NCBI GenBank assembly: GCA_031279395.1
Contig: JAITIO010000042.1
Location: 1 to 35,473 of the forward strand
From: Puniceicoccales bacterium
GTDB lineage: Bacteria > Verrucomicrobiota > Verrucomicrobiia > Opitutales > JAIRKQ01
Length of the DNA: 35,473 nt
Reading direction: 5' to 3'
The first letter of the stretch is position 1. Each line of letters starts with the position of its first letter. This document shows, one piece after another, positions 1 through 8,796 of this stretch. The position numbers and the translations under genes were made by a program. Under the pieces are notes generated by a model. The model was not told where the DNA came from, did no database searches, and saw only the letters and a program-made list of their open reading frames with translations.

Positions 1-82
1 TGTTGGCGGATCGCTCCCGCAACTCCCAATCCCACACCAGCCCCCAGTGCTGCTCCAGTCAATGCGGCGGCGGTACCACCCA

Positions 83-241
83 CTATCGCGGATCCTGCAG
101 CCGCTCCCGCTCCGGCACCGGCAATCCTCCGCCGCCCATCGCCCCGCAACCCCCGCACAGCATTACACACACCATGCTGCCCATCAGCAAAATGCCAACC
201 AACATCCCTTTTGTCCGTCTTCTCTTTTCCCTATTTTCCAC
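83..241 (-). CDS. Short ORF (52 codons), apparently a truncated paralogue of the 34603..35418 gene. It has a basic N-terminus and a hydrophobic signal-like segment ending CGGC.
   Basis: My own minus-strand translation. GTG at 241-239 is preceded by AAGGAGG (255-249) with a 7-nt spacer. It reads VENREKRRRTKGMLVGILLMGSMVCVMLCGGCGAMGGGGLPVPERERLQDPR, then TAG (85-83). The N-terminal 30 aa and upstream leader match the 3'-end gene. The ORF is too short to appear in the ORF track. Confidence 0.3.
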   Translation of the reverse strand: MENREKRRRTKGMLVGILLMGSMVCVMLCGGCGAMGGGGLPVPERERLQDPR

Positions 242-298
242 CGGACTTCCTCCTTGGACCCCAGTGTAGTCATCCCTCTTCCTTTCTCAACGCTTTTG
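111..298. repeat. Left copy of an inverted repeat; the partner is 34547..34750 in reverse complement.
   Basis: Manual alignment of 111-298 with the reverse complement of 34547-34750. Long identical runs include gtcttctcttttccctattttccaccggacttcctc and acaccatgctgccca. There are two indels (about 11-13 nt and 6-9 nt). The core is roughly 80% identical and the distal part weaker. Confidence 0.85.
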
Positions 299-472
299 TT
301 CCCTGGCACTCACAATCCTCACAAATAGCCCTATGTTTCTTCGCCCATGACCCTTCGATTGCCCGTGGACTACCTAAGGTGATTAGCCATGGCAACTTCC
401 TTCCAAGTGTCCCACATCTCCCAAAGGATATGGTGTAATTCCCCAATGATGCATTCCAACTTGCCGATTTCA

Positions 473-1351
473 TCATTCGCCATCGCCGTTGCCACCTCCA
501 AAAAAGTTGATGCTTTCATAGTCGATGTTATTATCGACCTCCTTTCCTTTCCGGTAAAAGTCAAGGGCGGATTCCATGGATGCTCTCACGGGGTCGTTGG
601 ATAGCCGGGCATAAATTGCAGTCGATTGTGGCGATTTGTGACCCAACGACTTCCCGATTATGAGCAGGCTCGTTCCTGCTATGGCTTGGTAGCTGGCCAA
701 TGTCCTCCTCAAGTCATGGATACGCAGGTTTTTTAACCCCGCCCGGTCCAGTATCTTCTTCCAGGCTTTTTGGGGGCTAACTAAACATCCACTCTTACCA
801 TGACCGGGAAATACCCACGGTATGGATGAATCTTTGAGCCAGGAACGGTCGCTTAGGATTTCCAGGGCTTCTCCGATTAATGGAATTCTTACGGGCTCTC
901 CATTTTTCGTATCCGGAATCCTCCATTCGTTTATGGAAAAATCTATGTCTTCCCACCGCATGCCTAGTACATTTGATCTACGAGCACCAGTATACAGACA
1001 CATCAAAAAGAAATCTCTCATGTCTCTGTTCACAGGGGTTCTTCCCTTCCGCTAGTTGGCCCTTTATTTTTTGGGCTGCTTTCCCCTTGCTAGCTCTACT
1101 GTCATATCAGGAAAATGTCCTAGGATTATTTCTTTTTGTTGTCCTTTTATTCTCCTTCGTATCATAAAGCTTTTATGTCCGGTTGCTGTTACATACAAAC
1201 TTAGTCCTTTTTCTTTTGTATCGTGAAATTTTATTTTTCCTTTCGGGGGAATTGGTAGTTCCAGAAGGGTTGCTTTGGTAAAATTTATCTCCGTTAGGAT
1301 GTGATTCAATTTTTGAAGTAAATGCTGAATCGACATAAAATCAATATGCAA
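473..1351 (-). pseudogene. Decayed P4-type tyrosine integrase: arm DNA-binding domain plus catalytic domain, interrupted and internally deleted.
   Basis: ORF 1064..1351 has a DUF4102/arm-type N-terminus (GLSLYVTATGHKSFMIRRRIKGQQKEIILGHFPDMTVELAR). ORF 473..1033 has a catalytic domain with R..HDLRRT..GH..Y (TGARRSNVLGMRWEDIDF; RIHDLRRTLAS; LGHKSPQSTAIYARL). Both are in the same frame but separated by TAA (1066-1064) and TAG (1054-1052). The combined length is about 290 codons, so the roughly 100-aa core-binding domain expected between arm and catalytic domains is missing. Confidence 0.8.
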
Positions 1352-1516
1352 TTATTACGTAATCGATAGAAAGTTTTTGCCGAATTGCATTGGGTGACCA
1401 ATTGGGGGATCTGCATACTTGCACCCTATCCATCATTGTCGTTTTAAGTGGGAAATGATATTCGGCTGGATATTGTTTTCGATATGCGTATCTTTTGTCT
1501 CAGTTATAGCCAGAGA

Positions 1517-1674
1517 GTCAGCCTGTCAGCCTCGTTGAGACCTCTCCTTTGGAACAATCTGCAGTGGAACAGTTTCCCTCTGTTTCCCTCTAAGGGATAT
1601 GTCAATCCGTTAGATTATATTTTCTAAGTATTTCTTATAATTTCAATATAGAAAAAAGGTAACAGAGGTAACAA
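1517..1674. repeat. Cluster of four short tandem or direct repeats in the integrase-recD2 intergenic region.
   Basis: gtcagcct x2 (1517-1532); tggaaca x2 with an 8-nt spacer (1550-1556, 1565-1571); gtttccctct x2 (1572-1591); aggtaaca(g/a) x2 (1657-1674). Several share a GG(A/T/G)AAC core when read on one strand or the other. Confidence 0.7.
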
Positions 1675-1695
1675 ATGACGATAAAGTGCAGATAT

Positions 1696-3879
1696 TTACT
1701 GGGATTGAGACCGTGCTACCAGGTACAGCCCTGTCAATCGTTTCGTCCTTTCCTTATTTTGGGCTGCAATGGAGTATGCTCTGGGGTCTCCAACGAGAAA
1801 CACTTTATTTTTTCCACGCGTAATGGCAGTATACAGAAGGTTGCGCTGTAACATTATATAGTGCTGTTTCAGTAGTGCAATTATTACGATGGGAAATTCA
1901 CTACCCTGGGATTTGTGTATGCTTATGGCATAGGCCAAATGGATATCCGACAAATTCCCTTTATTTAGGCACACAATCTCATCTCCGAATTTGGCCGTTG
2001 CCGTATGATCATCGTCGTTTAAATAGGTTATATTGCCAAGATCTCCGTTGAAAATATTCTTTTCGTAATTGTTTCTTATTTGAATGATTTTGTCCGCAAT
2101 TCTAAACTGTGTCCAAGGAACACCATATTCCTTTGGAATAAAAATACTTTGAAAGGTGGTATTTAAATTTTCCGTTCCAATTATTCCTTGATGTACGGGG
2201 ACTAAAACTTGCACATCGTTGATTGGGTCAACATTGTACCACATGGGAAGATATTTTTGACACAGGAGAGTTATCCTTTCCAGGCAGATTTCAGGAGTTT
2301 CAGCCTCTAGGAAGTGAAAATCGCGGGATGGATTGATGTCGCCAAAGGAATGCATTATTTCTGGGCAATCTTCCACCGCATGGATGATGTTGTGGGCGAC
2401 GGAAACGATTTCACTGCAAGCTTCCTGGCGAAAGATTCTATCCAACCGTGTGACACGAAATTTTCCAGATTTTATAATGTCCCCCAACACATTTCCCGGT
2501 CCTACGGAAGGCAATTGGTCGATATCGCCGACAAGTAGCACGTGGGCGGTAGTTGGAAGCGCTCTAAACAATGAAGCAGCTAAGAAAATATCAACCATGC
2601 TTGCTTCGTCTACCACAATGAAATCCAGTTTGAGTGGCGTAGATTCATCGTGCAAAAATGTGCGTTCCCCAGGCTTATATTGCAGTAACCTGTGAATCGT
2701 TTGGGCAGGTTTCCCTGTGGTTTCGGAAATTTTTTGGGCAGCACGCCCCGTAGGAGCACAGAGGACAATGTTCGCCTTTTTGGCAGAAAGAATTGTCACA
2801 AGCGAACGAAGAATGGTCGTTTTCCCAGTCCCAGGACCACCGGTCAAGATCGATACTTTGTTGGTCAATGCGGCTTCGATGGCTGCAATTTGTCCCGACG
2901 CAAATGCCAAACTTTCACGCTTTTGTACCCAATCAATCGCTTTTTCTGTCCAAATATCGGGAAGCGTTGAACTTTTATCGAAGAGAATATTTTGTAAACA
3001 CTTAGCTATGGTATCTTCCATATTTTTTAGAGATGACTTTTGTACGATTTCATCGGAAATTTTGCACAACCTGCCGAAGGTGATTAACTTTTCAATGCGT
3101 TCGTTGATCCTGTCGGGAGACAATTCCAACAAGATCTGTGCTGATTTTAGTAGCTGTTGGCGGTGGATGCATGTATGGCCATCATCCTCTGCCAGCGATA
3201 AAATGTGCATAATTCCAGCATCGATACGGGATGAATGCGTGGAAGGGATGCCAAGATTTTTCGCAATTTTATCGGCTGTTTTGAATCCCACCCCTTGCAC
3301 CTCCTGGGCAACGCGATAGGGATCGGTCTCTAAAATTGTCCGTGCTCCAACACCATATTTCTCATATAATTTAATGCATAGCGCATTGGTCACATCGTAG
3401 GTCTGCAAAAAAATCATGATATCCCGTATGGCAAATTGGGAATCCCAGGCGTCTTTTATCTTTGCCGCACGCTGTTTTCCAATCCCATCAACTTCCAACA
3501 GCCGAGCGGATTCGGTCGACAGAATATTAAACGTATCCGCTCCGAAATAATCTACTATTTTCTTTGCATAGATTTTTCCAATTCCTTCGATCAATCCACT
3601 GCCCAGATAGCGCCGAATTCCTCTGATATCGGAAGGCAATTTGGATTCAAAGTGTTCCACATTGAACTGCCTTCCGTGCCTTTCGTGAACCGTCCAATCC
3701 CCTGTCATTTCCAAGGTTTCTCCGGGTTGAACTCCCGGTAAAATTCCACATACCGTTACCCTAGTTCCCGATTGCGATTCCTTAATCTCTATGATGCTAT
3801 AGAAATTAGCATCGTTTCGAAAAATAATCCTTTCGAGTACGCCTGCTATGGCCGGTTTCGACTCTTCTGTTTCGGTCAC
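1696..3879 (-). CDS. recD2: RecD2-like SF1 ATP-dependent DNA helicase
   Basis: 727 aa. N-terminal OB/HhH region, Walker A GGPGTGKTT, VVDEASMVD (Walker B), LVGDIDQLPSVGPG, C-terminal SIHKSQGSEFP and TAITRGK motifs typical of the RecD/TraA family. Confidence 0.9.
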   Translation of the reverse strand: MTETEESKPAIAGVLERIIFRNDANFYSIIEIKESQSGTRVTVCGILPGVQPGETLEMTGDWTVHERHGRQFNVEHFESKLPSDIRGIRRYLGSGLIEGIGKIYAKKIVDYFGADTFNILSTESARLLEVDGIGKQRAAKIKDAWDSQFAIRDIMIFLQTYDVTNALCIKLYEKYGVGARTILETDPYRVAQEVQGVGFKTADKIAKNLGIPSTHSSRIDAGIMHILSLAEDDGHTCIHRQQLLKSAQILLELSPDRINERIEKLITFGRLCKISDEIVQKSSLKNMEDTIAKCLQNILFDKSSTLPDIWTEKAIDWVQKRESLAFASGQIAAIEAALTNKVSILTGGPGTGKTTILRSLVTILSAKKANIVLCAPTGRAAQKISETTGKPAQTIHRLLQYKPGERTFLHDESTPLKLDFIVVDEASMVDIFLAASLFRALPTTAHVLLVGDIDQLPSVGPGNVLGDIIKSGKFRVTRLDRIFRQEACSEIVSVAHNIIHAVEDCPEIMHSFGDINPSRDFHFLEAETPEICLERITLLCQKYLPMWYNVDPINDVQVLVPVHQGIIGTENLNTTFQSIFIPKEYGVPWTQFRIADKIIQIRNNYEKNIFNGDLGNITYLNDDDHTATAKFGDEIVCLNKGNLSDIHLAYAISIHKSQGSEFPIVIIALLKQHYIMLQRNLLYTAITRGKNKVFLVGDPRAYSIAAQNKERTKRLTGLYLVARSQSQ

Positions 3880-4078
3880 CTATTCTTCCACGTTAATGAT
3901 TGGTGCAACATTTTCCGCCAAAAACCCCATTGCCTTCGCCCATGCCACTACTGGCGATGCATGCCTAATTTCGGTAATGTTTTGCATGGCTAACAAAAAA
4001 CTCAGTAATCCAATAATTGCAAGTGTTTAAACAAATTCCATGAGTTTGAAAATAAACTGCAGGAGAAGGTACCATAGG

Positions 4079-5092
4079 CTAATAGTTTAAAATTTTCATG
4101 TCCTCCATGAGGTAATTTTGTACATAATCTCTTACGGCGGTCTTTAGAGGTGTAATTGGCTGATTATATCTCAGGCTGCGCAATTTTGAAATATCCGCAC
4201 ACGTATAATATTGATATTTATCTTTCAACTCACTTGGCATATCGATAAATTCTATGCAAGCTTCCCTGTCTACGGCATCAAAAATGGCAAGGGCTAATTC
4301 TTTCCATGTGGATGCCACCCCGGAACCAAGATTATAAGTACCGTAGGTGGGATTCCCATTGACCACTTCTGGAATTTCTGCCAAAAATATTGTCATGGCA
4401 ACGGCATCTTTTACATACAAAAAATCCCGCCTCTGTTCCCCATCCTTAAATTCCTGTCTATCACTCTTGAACAGGTATACCTTGCCACTTGCAAGAATTG
4501 ATTCATAGGCCTTTAATACCATGCTACGCATGTTGCCCTTGTGATATTCATTGGGTCCGAAAACATTGAAATATTTCATGCCATGGACGCGTAAATTGTT
4601 CTTAGCGGCGTACAAATCGAAGAGATGTTTGGAATATCCATACGTGTTCAATGGACGCAGGTTGGTGTTCGGAAAAACTTCATCGGACATTCCCCGGGAA
4701 CCATCCCCATAGGTGGCTGCCGATGATGCATAGACAAAACGGATGTGTCCGTTGTGCGCAAAATTTGCCAATGTCTTTGTGTATTCGTAATTGTTTTTAA
4801 TCAAATAGGCTGTATTTTTTTCCATGGTTAATGCACACGCTCCCAAGTGAAAAATATGAGTGACACCATTCAATTTGTGATCTTTTTTTTCTACCATATC
4901 AAGCATGGTATCCGCTTCGACATAATCGTTGAACCGCAGGGGAACAATGTTGAGAAATTTATCGTCACCGCCTAAAAAATCTGAAACAATGATATTTTCA
5001 AACCCCCTATTATTCAATTCACTGATCAAAGCACTCCCAATAAATCCAGCACCACCTGTGACCAAAATAGTTCCCGCTTCTGAAAGTTTCAT
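4079..5092 (-). CDS. hldD: ADP-L-glycero-D-manno-heptose 6-epimerase
   Basis: 337 aa. Motifs TGGAGFIGS, ASSAATYG, YGYSK and YFNVFGPNEYHKG are collinear with E. coli HldD/RfaD as I recall it. Confidence 0.85.
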   Translation of the reverse strand: MKLSEAGTILVTGGAGFIGSALISELNNRGFENIIVSDFLGGDDKFLNIVPLRFNDYVEADTMLDMVEKKDHKLNGVTHIFHLGACALTMEKNTAYLIKNNYEYTKTLANFAHNGHIRFVYASSAATYGDGSRGMSDEVFPNTNLRPLNTYGYSKHLFDLYAAKNNLRVHGMKYFNVFGPNEYHKGNMRSMVLKAYESILASGKVYLFKSDRQEFKDGEQRRDFLYVKDAVAMTIFLAEIPEVVNGNPTYGTYNLGSGVASTWKELALAIFDAVDREACIEFIDMPSELKDKYQYYTCADISKLRSLRYNQPITPLKTAVRDYVQNYLMEDMKILNY

Positions 5093-5254
5093 GGCTTTGG
5101 ATGATTAAAATTTTTTGTCCATTGGCAATAGCCAACGTAAAACCTACGGATTATTCAAGCTTTTGTCTTTCCAAACACGGGTATAGGAAAGATCTGAAAA
5201 GTGTGTGAGATTTTAACGTTGATTAAAGATTTGGGATGTGTATCTTGCCCGTCA

Positions 5255-5716
5255 ATGAAATGCCCGAAGTGCGGACATTTATATTCAAAAGTTACCGATA
5301 CTCGTGTTACCGCGGATGAGACTTCCATCCGCCGCAGGCGTGTATGCCTAAAGTGCGATCACAGGTTTTTTACGAATGAAGTCGTGTGCATCGAATACCC
5401 AATTGTCATTAAACGGGACGGCCGAAGGGAAGAGTTTGACGGAGAAAAAATCAAAGCCGGGCTAATGAAAGCGTTTAAGAAACAAAGCGGAATCAAGGAA
5501 AAAGTTAATAATATCCTCAATGGAGTTTTGGCAGAAATTATTTCGAAATACCCGGAAAAAGTTCCTTCGGAGAAAATTGGAGACGTGATAATGGACCGAC
5601 TAAGGACCTGCGACCCAGTTGCCTATCTGCGCTTCGCCAGCGTATACAAAAATTTCGAAACGGCAAAAGATTTCGCACTGGAATTTGAGCAGCTGTTGCT
5701 AGATCTCCCAAAGTAG
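5255..5716 (+). CDS. nrdR: NrdR transcriptional repressor of ribonucleotide reductase genes
   Basis: MKCPKCG...CLKCDHRF zinc ribbon followed by an ATP-cone (IKRDGRREEFDGEKI). I start at ATG 5255 rather than the upstream GTG 5201 of the ORF track, because NrdR proteins begin at the zinc ribbon. Confidence 0.9.
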   Translation: MKCPKCGHLYSKVTDTRVTADETSIRRRRVCLKCDHRFFTNEVVCIEYPIVIKRDGRREEFDGEKIKAGLMKAFKKQSGIKEKVNNILNGVLAEIISKYPEKVPSEKIGDVIMDRLRTCDPVAYLRFASVYKNFETAKDFALEFEQLLLDLPK

Positions 5717-5859
5717 GGAGTCAAATAAAGAATTAAAATCTCAGTATCATATTTCCGCTGCGGAAAATTTTTGAACTTTTGACATAAATGATTGACATTT
5801 TCGAACAAAGGAACATACCGCATACCTGCGACTTGGGAAGAGGATATGTGGATAAAAAT

Positions 5860-7185
5860 ATGAATAGTGAGATAAGCCATGAGATAATAAAACGCTTCGG
5901 AGTATTGATAGAAAAAAAAGTCTGTGGGGAAGAACTGACCGATAATGAAATACGAGAGATAACAAATGCCATAATTACCAAAAAGATTCCCGACTTCCAG
6001 TTATCGGCTTTTTTGATGGCAGTGTATTTCCAAAATATGAGTATCCAGGAGGCTTCGACATGGACGGAAGAGTTGATGTTATCCGGTGATATCATCGACA
6101 TTGGGATGATTTCCGCCCCTAAAGTTGATAGGTGCTCCACGGGAGGAGTGGGAGATAAGTCGGCTTTTGTATTGATAGCAATTGCTGCTTGTTGCGGAAT
6201 AGCAGTTCCCACATTGGTCGATAGCTACGACGGATTGATCATTTCTGATTTAGACAAAATGTCGTCCATTCCCGGGTTTGACCATAAATTTGATACTAAA
6301 AAGTTTCAAAAACAACTTAAAAAAATGGGATGTTGCTACTATCAACAGCCAGAGAATATTGCACCCGTGGATGTAACTCTCGATAAGGTTAGGCGTCTAA
6401 TTGGCACAATTTCCAGTGTTCCGCTTGTGACAGGAAGCATTTTGGGGAGCAAGTTGTCTTCCGGGGCAGATGGTGTTGTTGTCGATGTTAAGTGGGGCAA
6501 TGGTTCCTTCGTAAAAGATATGGAGCAAGCCAAACAGCTCGGTAGAATGATAACACGGGTCGCTCGAGCTTTGAATAAAAAGTGCATTGCGATTGTGACG
6601 GATGCCAATCAACCCCTTGGAAAAACGGTAGGAACTTGGTTGGAAATCAAAGAAACCATCGAATTACTACAGGGACAAGGCGATGCAGAAATGCAGGATT
6701 TAATCCTACGAGTTGGCATGGAATTCATCAGATTAGCGGGAGTCGCAGGGTCAACATTGTCAGCCAAACAATTGATCATCAAAAAGCTTTCCGATGGATC
6801 AGCTCTAAATAAATTTAAAGAATTGATAGCAGAACAAGGAGGAGATGTATCATATATCGACAATCCGGAAAAGTATCCACAGGCTAAATATTCCCGCAAA
6901 CTATCGGCACAAAAACGGGGATACATACATACGGTAAACGCTGGTATGATTGCACGAGGGGTGAGTATTTTGTCCAAAAAACCCGATGGGACGACAGACC
7001 ATATGGTTGGAGTATCCGATATAATGAAAGTTGGCATGCAAATTAAACAAGGAGAACCGCTCATAATGATTCACTATAATGATGAAACAAACCTTGAATC
7101 TGCCCTGGAGTACTTTAGGGATGCGTATAGACTTGCTCCGAAAAGGCCGGCATTAAACGAATTAATCGTGGAACGTATTGCGTAA
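5860..7185 (+). CDS. Thymidine/pyrimidine-nucleoside phosphorylase family protein with a degenerate catalytic loop (possible pseudoenzyme)
   Basis: Collinear with DeoA/PyNP: IPDFQLSAFLMAVYF, STGGVGD, SSIPGF, VVDVKWGNGSF, TDANQPLG, and a C-terminal PYNP_C-like region. The SGRGLGHTGGT loop, however, reads VDSYDGLIISD. The start is uncertain (ATG 5860 or 5788). Confidence 0.75.
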   Translation: MNSEISHEIIKRFGVLIEKKVCGEELTDNEIREITNAIITKKIPDFQLSAFLMAVYFQNMSIQEASTWTEELMLSGDIIDIGMISAPKVDRCSTGGVGDKSAFVLIAIAACCGIAVPTLVDSYDGLIISDLDKMSSIPGFDHKFDTKKFQKQLKKMGCCYYQQPENIAPVDVTLDKVRRLIGTISSVPLVTGSILGSKLSSGADGVVVDVKWGNGSFVKDMEQAKQLGRMITRVARALNKKCIAIVTDANQPLGKTVGTWLEIKETIELLQGQGDAEMQDLILRVGMEFIRLAGVAGSTLSAKQLIIKKLSDGSALNKFKELIAEQGGDVSYIDNPEKYPQAKYSRKLSAQKRGYIHTVNAGMIARGVSILSKKPDGTTDHMVGVSDIMKVGMQIKQGEPLIMIHYNDETNLESALEYFRDAYRLAPKRPALNELIVERIA

Positions 7186-7188
7186 CAT

Positions 7189-8796
7189 ATGAAAACTGCA
7201 TGGTTATTTCTTATAATCTCCTTATGTATACTCCCCGGATGTAAAAAAAAGGAGGCAAATGTTGTCCAACAAAATTTGAGGATATCTTCTCCAAATGAGC
7301 TATTAAATGCGGACCCACAGCAGGTATACAGCAGCAGCGACTGCAAGATTATGCAGGCTGTTTTCGAAGGGTTAGTTGTGCCAGATCCTGAAACAATGAA
7401 ACCGCTACCTGGGATGGCAGAGCGATGGAAGGTATCATCTGACAAAAAAGTATACGAGTTTTTCCTAAGGGACAATGCCATGTGGTCCAATGGAACTCCC
7501 GTCACGGCAGAAGATTTTGTCTATGCGGCCAAACGAGCACTATCGTCCAAATTTGCCTGTGCGGCAGTGGATGTGTTTTTCCCTGTCCTCAATGCCAAAA
7601 AATTTTTTAATAGGGAAATTCGAAACTTTTCCATGGTTGGAATACGTGCGGTAAATTCTCGAACGTTGATAATTGAACTGGAGAAAAACGACCCATATTT
7701 TCTGGTAACTTTGATGCACCAATGTTGGTTTCCGTTAAACGATGAGGTTATTGCATCGTTAGAAGAGTATTCCCGCCCTTTGGACGACTTATCCAATGTT
7801 TTTAAATTAAAAATCATTTCCAATGGCCCATTCACTTTTGCGGAGAGGAAGCCAGGGATAAGTTTGCTATTGAAAAAAAATCCTAAATATTGGGATGCCG
7901 ACAATGTATTGCTATCATCGGTAATGTTTTCTACAAACAACAATCAGGCCCTAGCCGTAAAAAATTTTTCAGAGAGGCAAGTAGATATCGTTGAACTTCA
8001 ATGGGACGATGAATCTACAATCGGAGATTGTTTGCAAGACAAAGAATTGATGTTATCTCCGGCGCTCGAGTGTTTTGGCCTTGCATTTAACGTTACAAAC
8101 TCTGTTTTTAAAAACAAAAATATTAGGTTTGCCATGGCTATGGCCATTGACCGAGAAAAGTTGTTAGCCAAAATAGGGAAAAACAGAAAACTTGCAGCCT
8201 ATAGTTTTGTTCCGATCTATGATAAAAAGTATGAGAGTACACCTCTATTCAAGCAAGATATTCAGCTAGCACGCAAGCTATTTGAAGAAGCAGGCTATAA
8301 TTCTACGGTAAAATTTCCACCCGTAAAAATATTGTGCAACACCTTGGATGCCGGATTATACGCCATAATCCTAGAACAGGTTAGGGAAGATTGGAAAAAT
8401 GTTCTAGGGGTAGATACTTTCGTAGATAGTAGAGGTTTTGACTCCTTTTTTGCCCATAGAAAGAAAGTAGACTTTGATGTAATCAAAGTTGCACTTGGAG
8501 GTTTGCATTGCAACCCTGCGTTTATCATGCACATTTTTATGTCCAAAGATTCCCATAACTATGGCAAATGGGCAGACCCAACCTACGATGGGATGCTAAA
8601 ACGGATCAAAAAAACCAACAGCAAGAAAAAACTCAGAAGATTAACAAAGGACATGGAGTTGTACCTAGCCAATGAAATGCCTGCCATTCCGCTGTTTTTT
8701 AATTCCCATTCATTTTTGGTAAGAAAATCCCTGAGGGGGTGGTTTCCCAATCCAATGAACATGCATCCACTTAAATTTGTTTACTTTGCCCGCTGA
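7189..8796 (+). CDS. Family-5 (OppA/DppA-like) ABC transporter substrate-binding lipoprotein, orphan
   Basis: 535 aa. The signal peptide has lipobox LPGC. Overall OppA-like pattern: EGLVVPDPETMKPLPGMAERWKVSSDKKVYEFFLRDNAMWSNG..VTAEDFVY. There are no permease or ATPase genes nearby. Confidence 0.75.
   Translation: MKTAWLFLIISLCILPGCKKKEANVVQQNLRISSPNELLNADPQQVYSSSDCKIMQAVFEGLVVPDPETMKPLPGMAERWKVSSDKKVYEFFLRDNAMWSNGTPVTAEDFVYAAKRALSSKFACAAVDVFFPVLNAKKFFNREIRNFSMVGIRAVNSRTLIIELEKNDPYFLVTLMHQCWFPLNDEVIASLEEYSRPLDDLSNVFKLKIISNGPFTFAERKPGISLLLKKNPKYWDADNVLLSSVMFSTNNNQALAVKNFSERQVDIVELQWDDESTIGDCLQDKELMLSPALECFGLAFNVTNSVFKNKNIRFAMAMAIDREKLLAKIGKNRKLAAYSFVPIYDKKYESTPLFKQDIQLARKLFEEAGYNSTVKFPPVKILCNTLDAGLYAIILEQVREDWKNVLGVDTFVDSRGFDSFFAHRKKVDFDVIKVALGGLHCNPAFIMHIFMSKDSHNYGKWADPTYDGMLKRIKKTNSKKKLRRLTKDMELYLANEMPAIPLFFNSHSFLVRKSLRGWFPNPMNMHPLKFVYFAR

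Noticed and set aside
3-328. Plus-strand ORFs 3..269 and 47..328 (88 and 93 aa, Pro/Ser/His-rich)
   Set aside because: They are antisense to the SD-preceded minus-strand ORF whose N-terminus is conserved with the 34603 gene. High G+C keeps several frames open, and the sequences are low-complexity.
2717-3319. 200-aa plus-strand ORF inside recD2, plus many other antisense ORFs over 130 aa (e.g. 5733..6212, 6609..7064, 7074..7505, 11821..12249, 13109..13573, 17145..17549, 25140..25651, 31662..32189, 34757..35170)
   Set aside because: Each lies wholly within, and opposite to, a gene with clear family motifs. Their translations are Cys/Ser/Arg-rich with no recognisable domains, which is typical of shadow ORFs.
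5093-5254. NrdR boxes in the hldD/nrdR divergent region
   Set aside because: I could find no pair of 16-bp palindromes resembling the NrdR box consensus. No nrd genes are present in the window.
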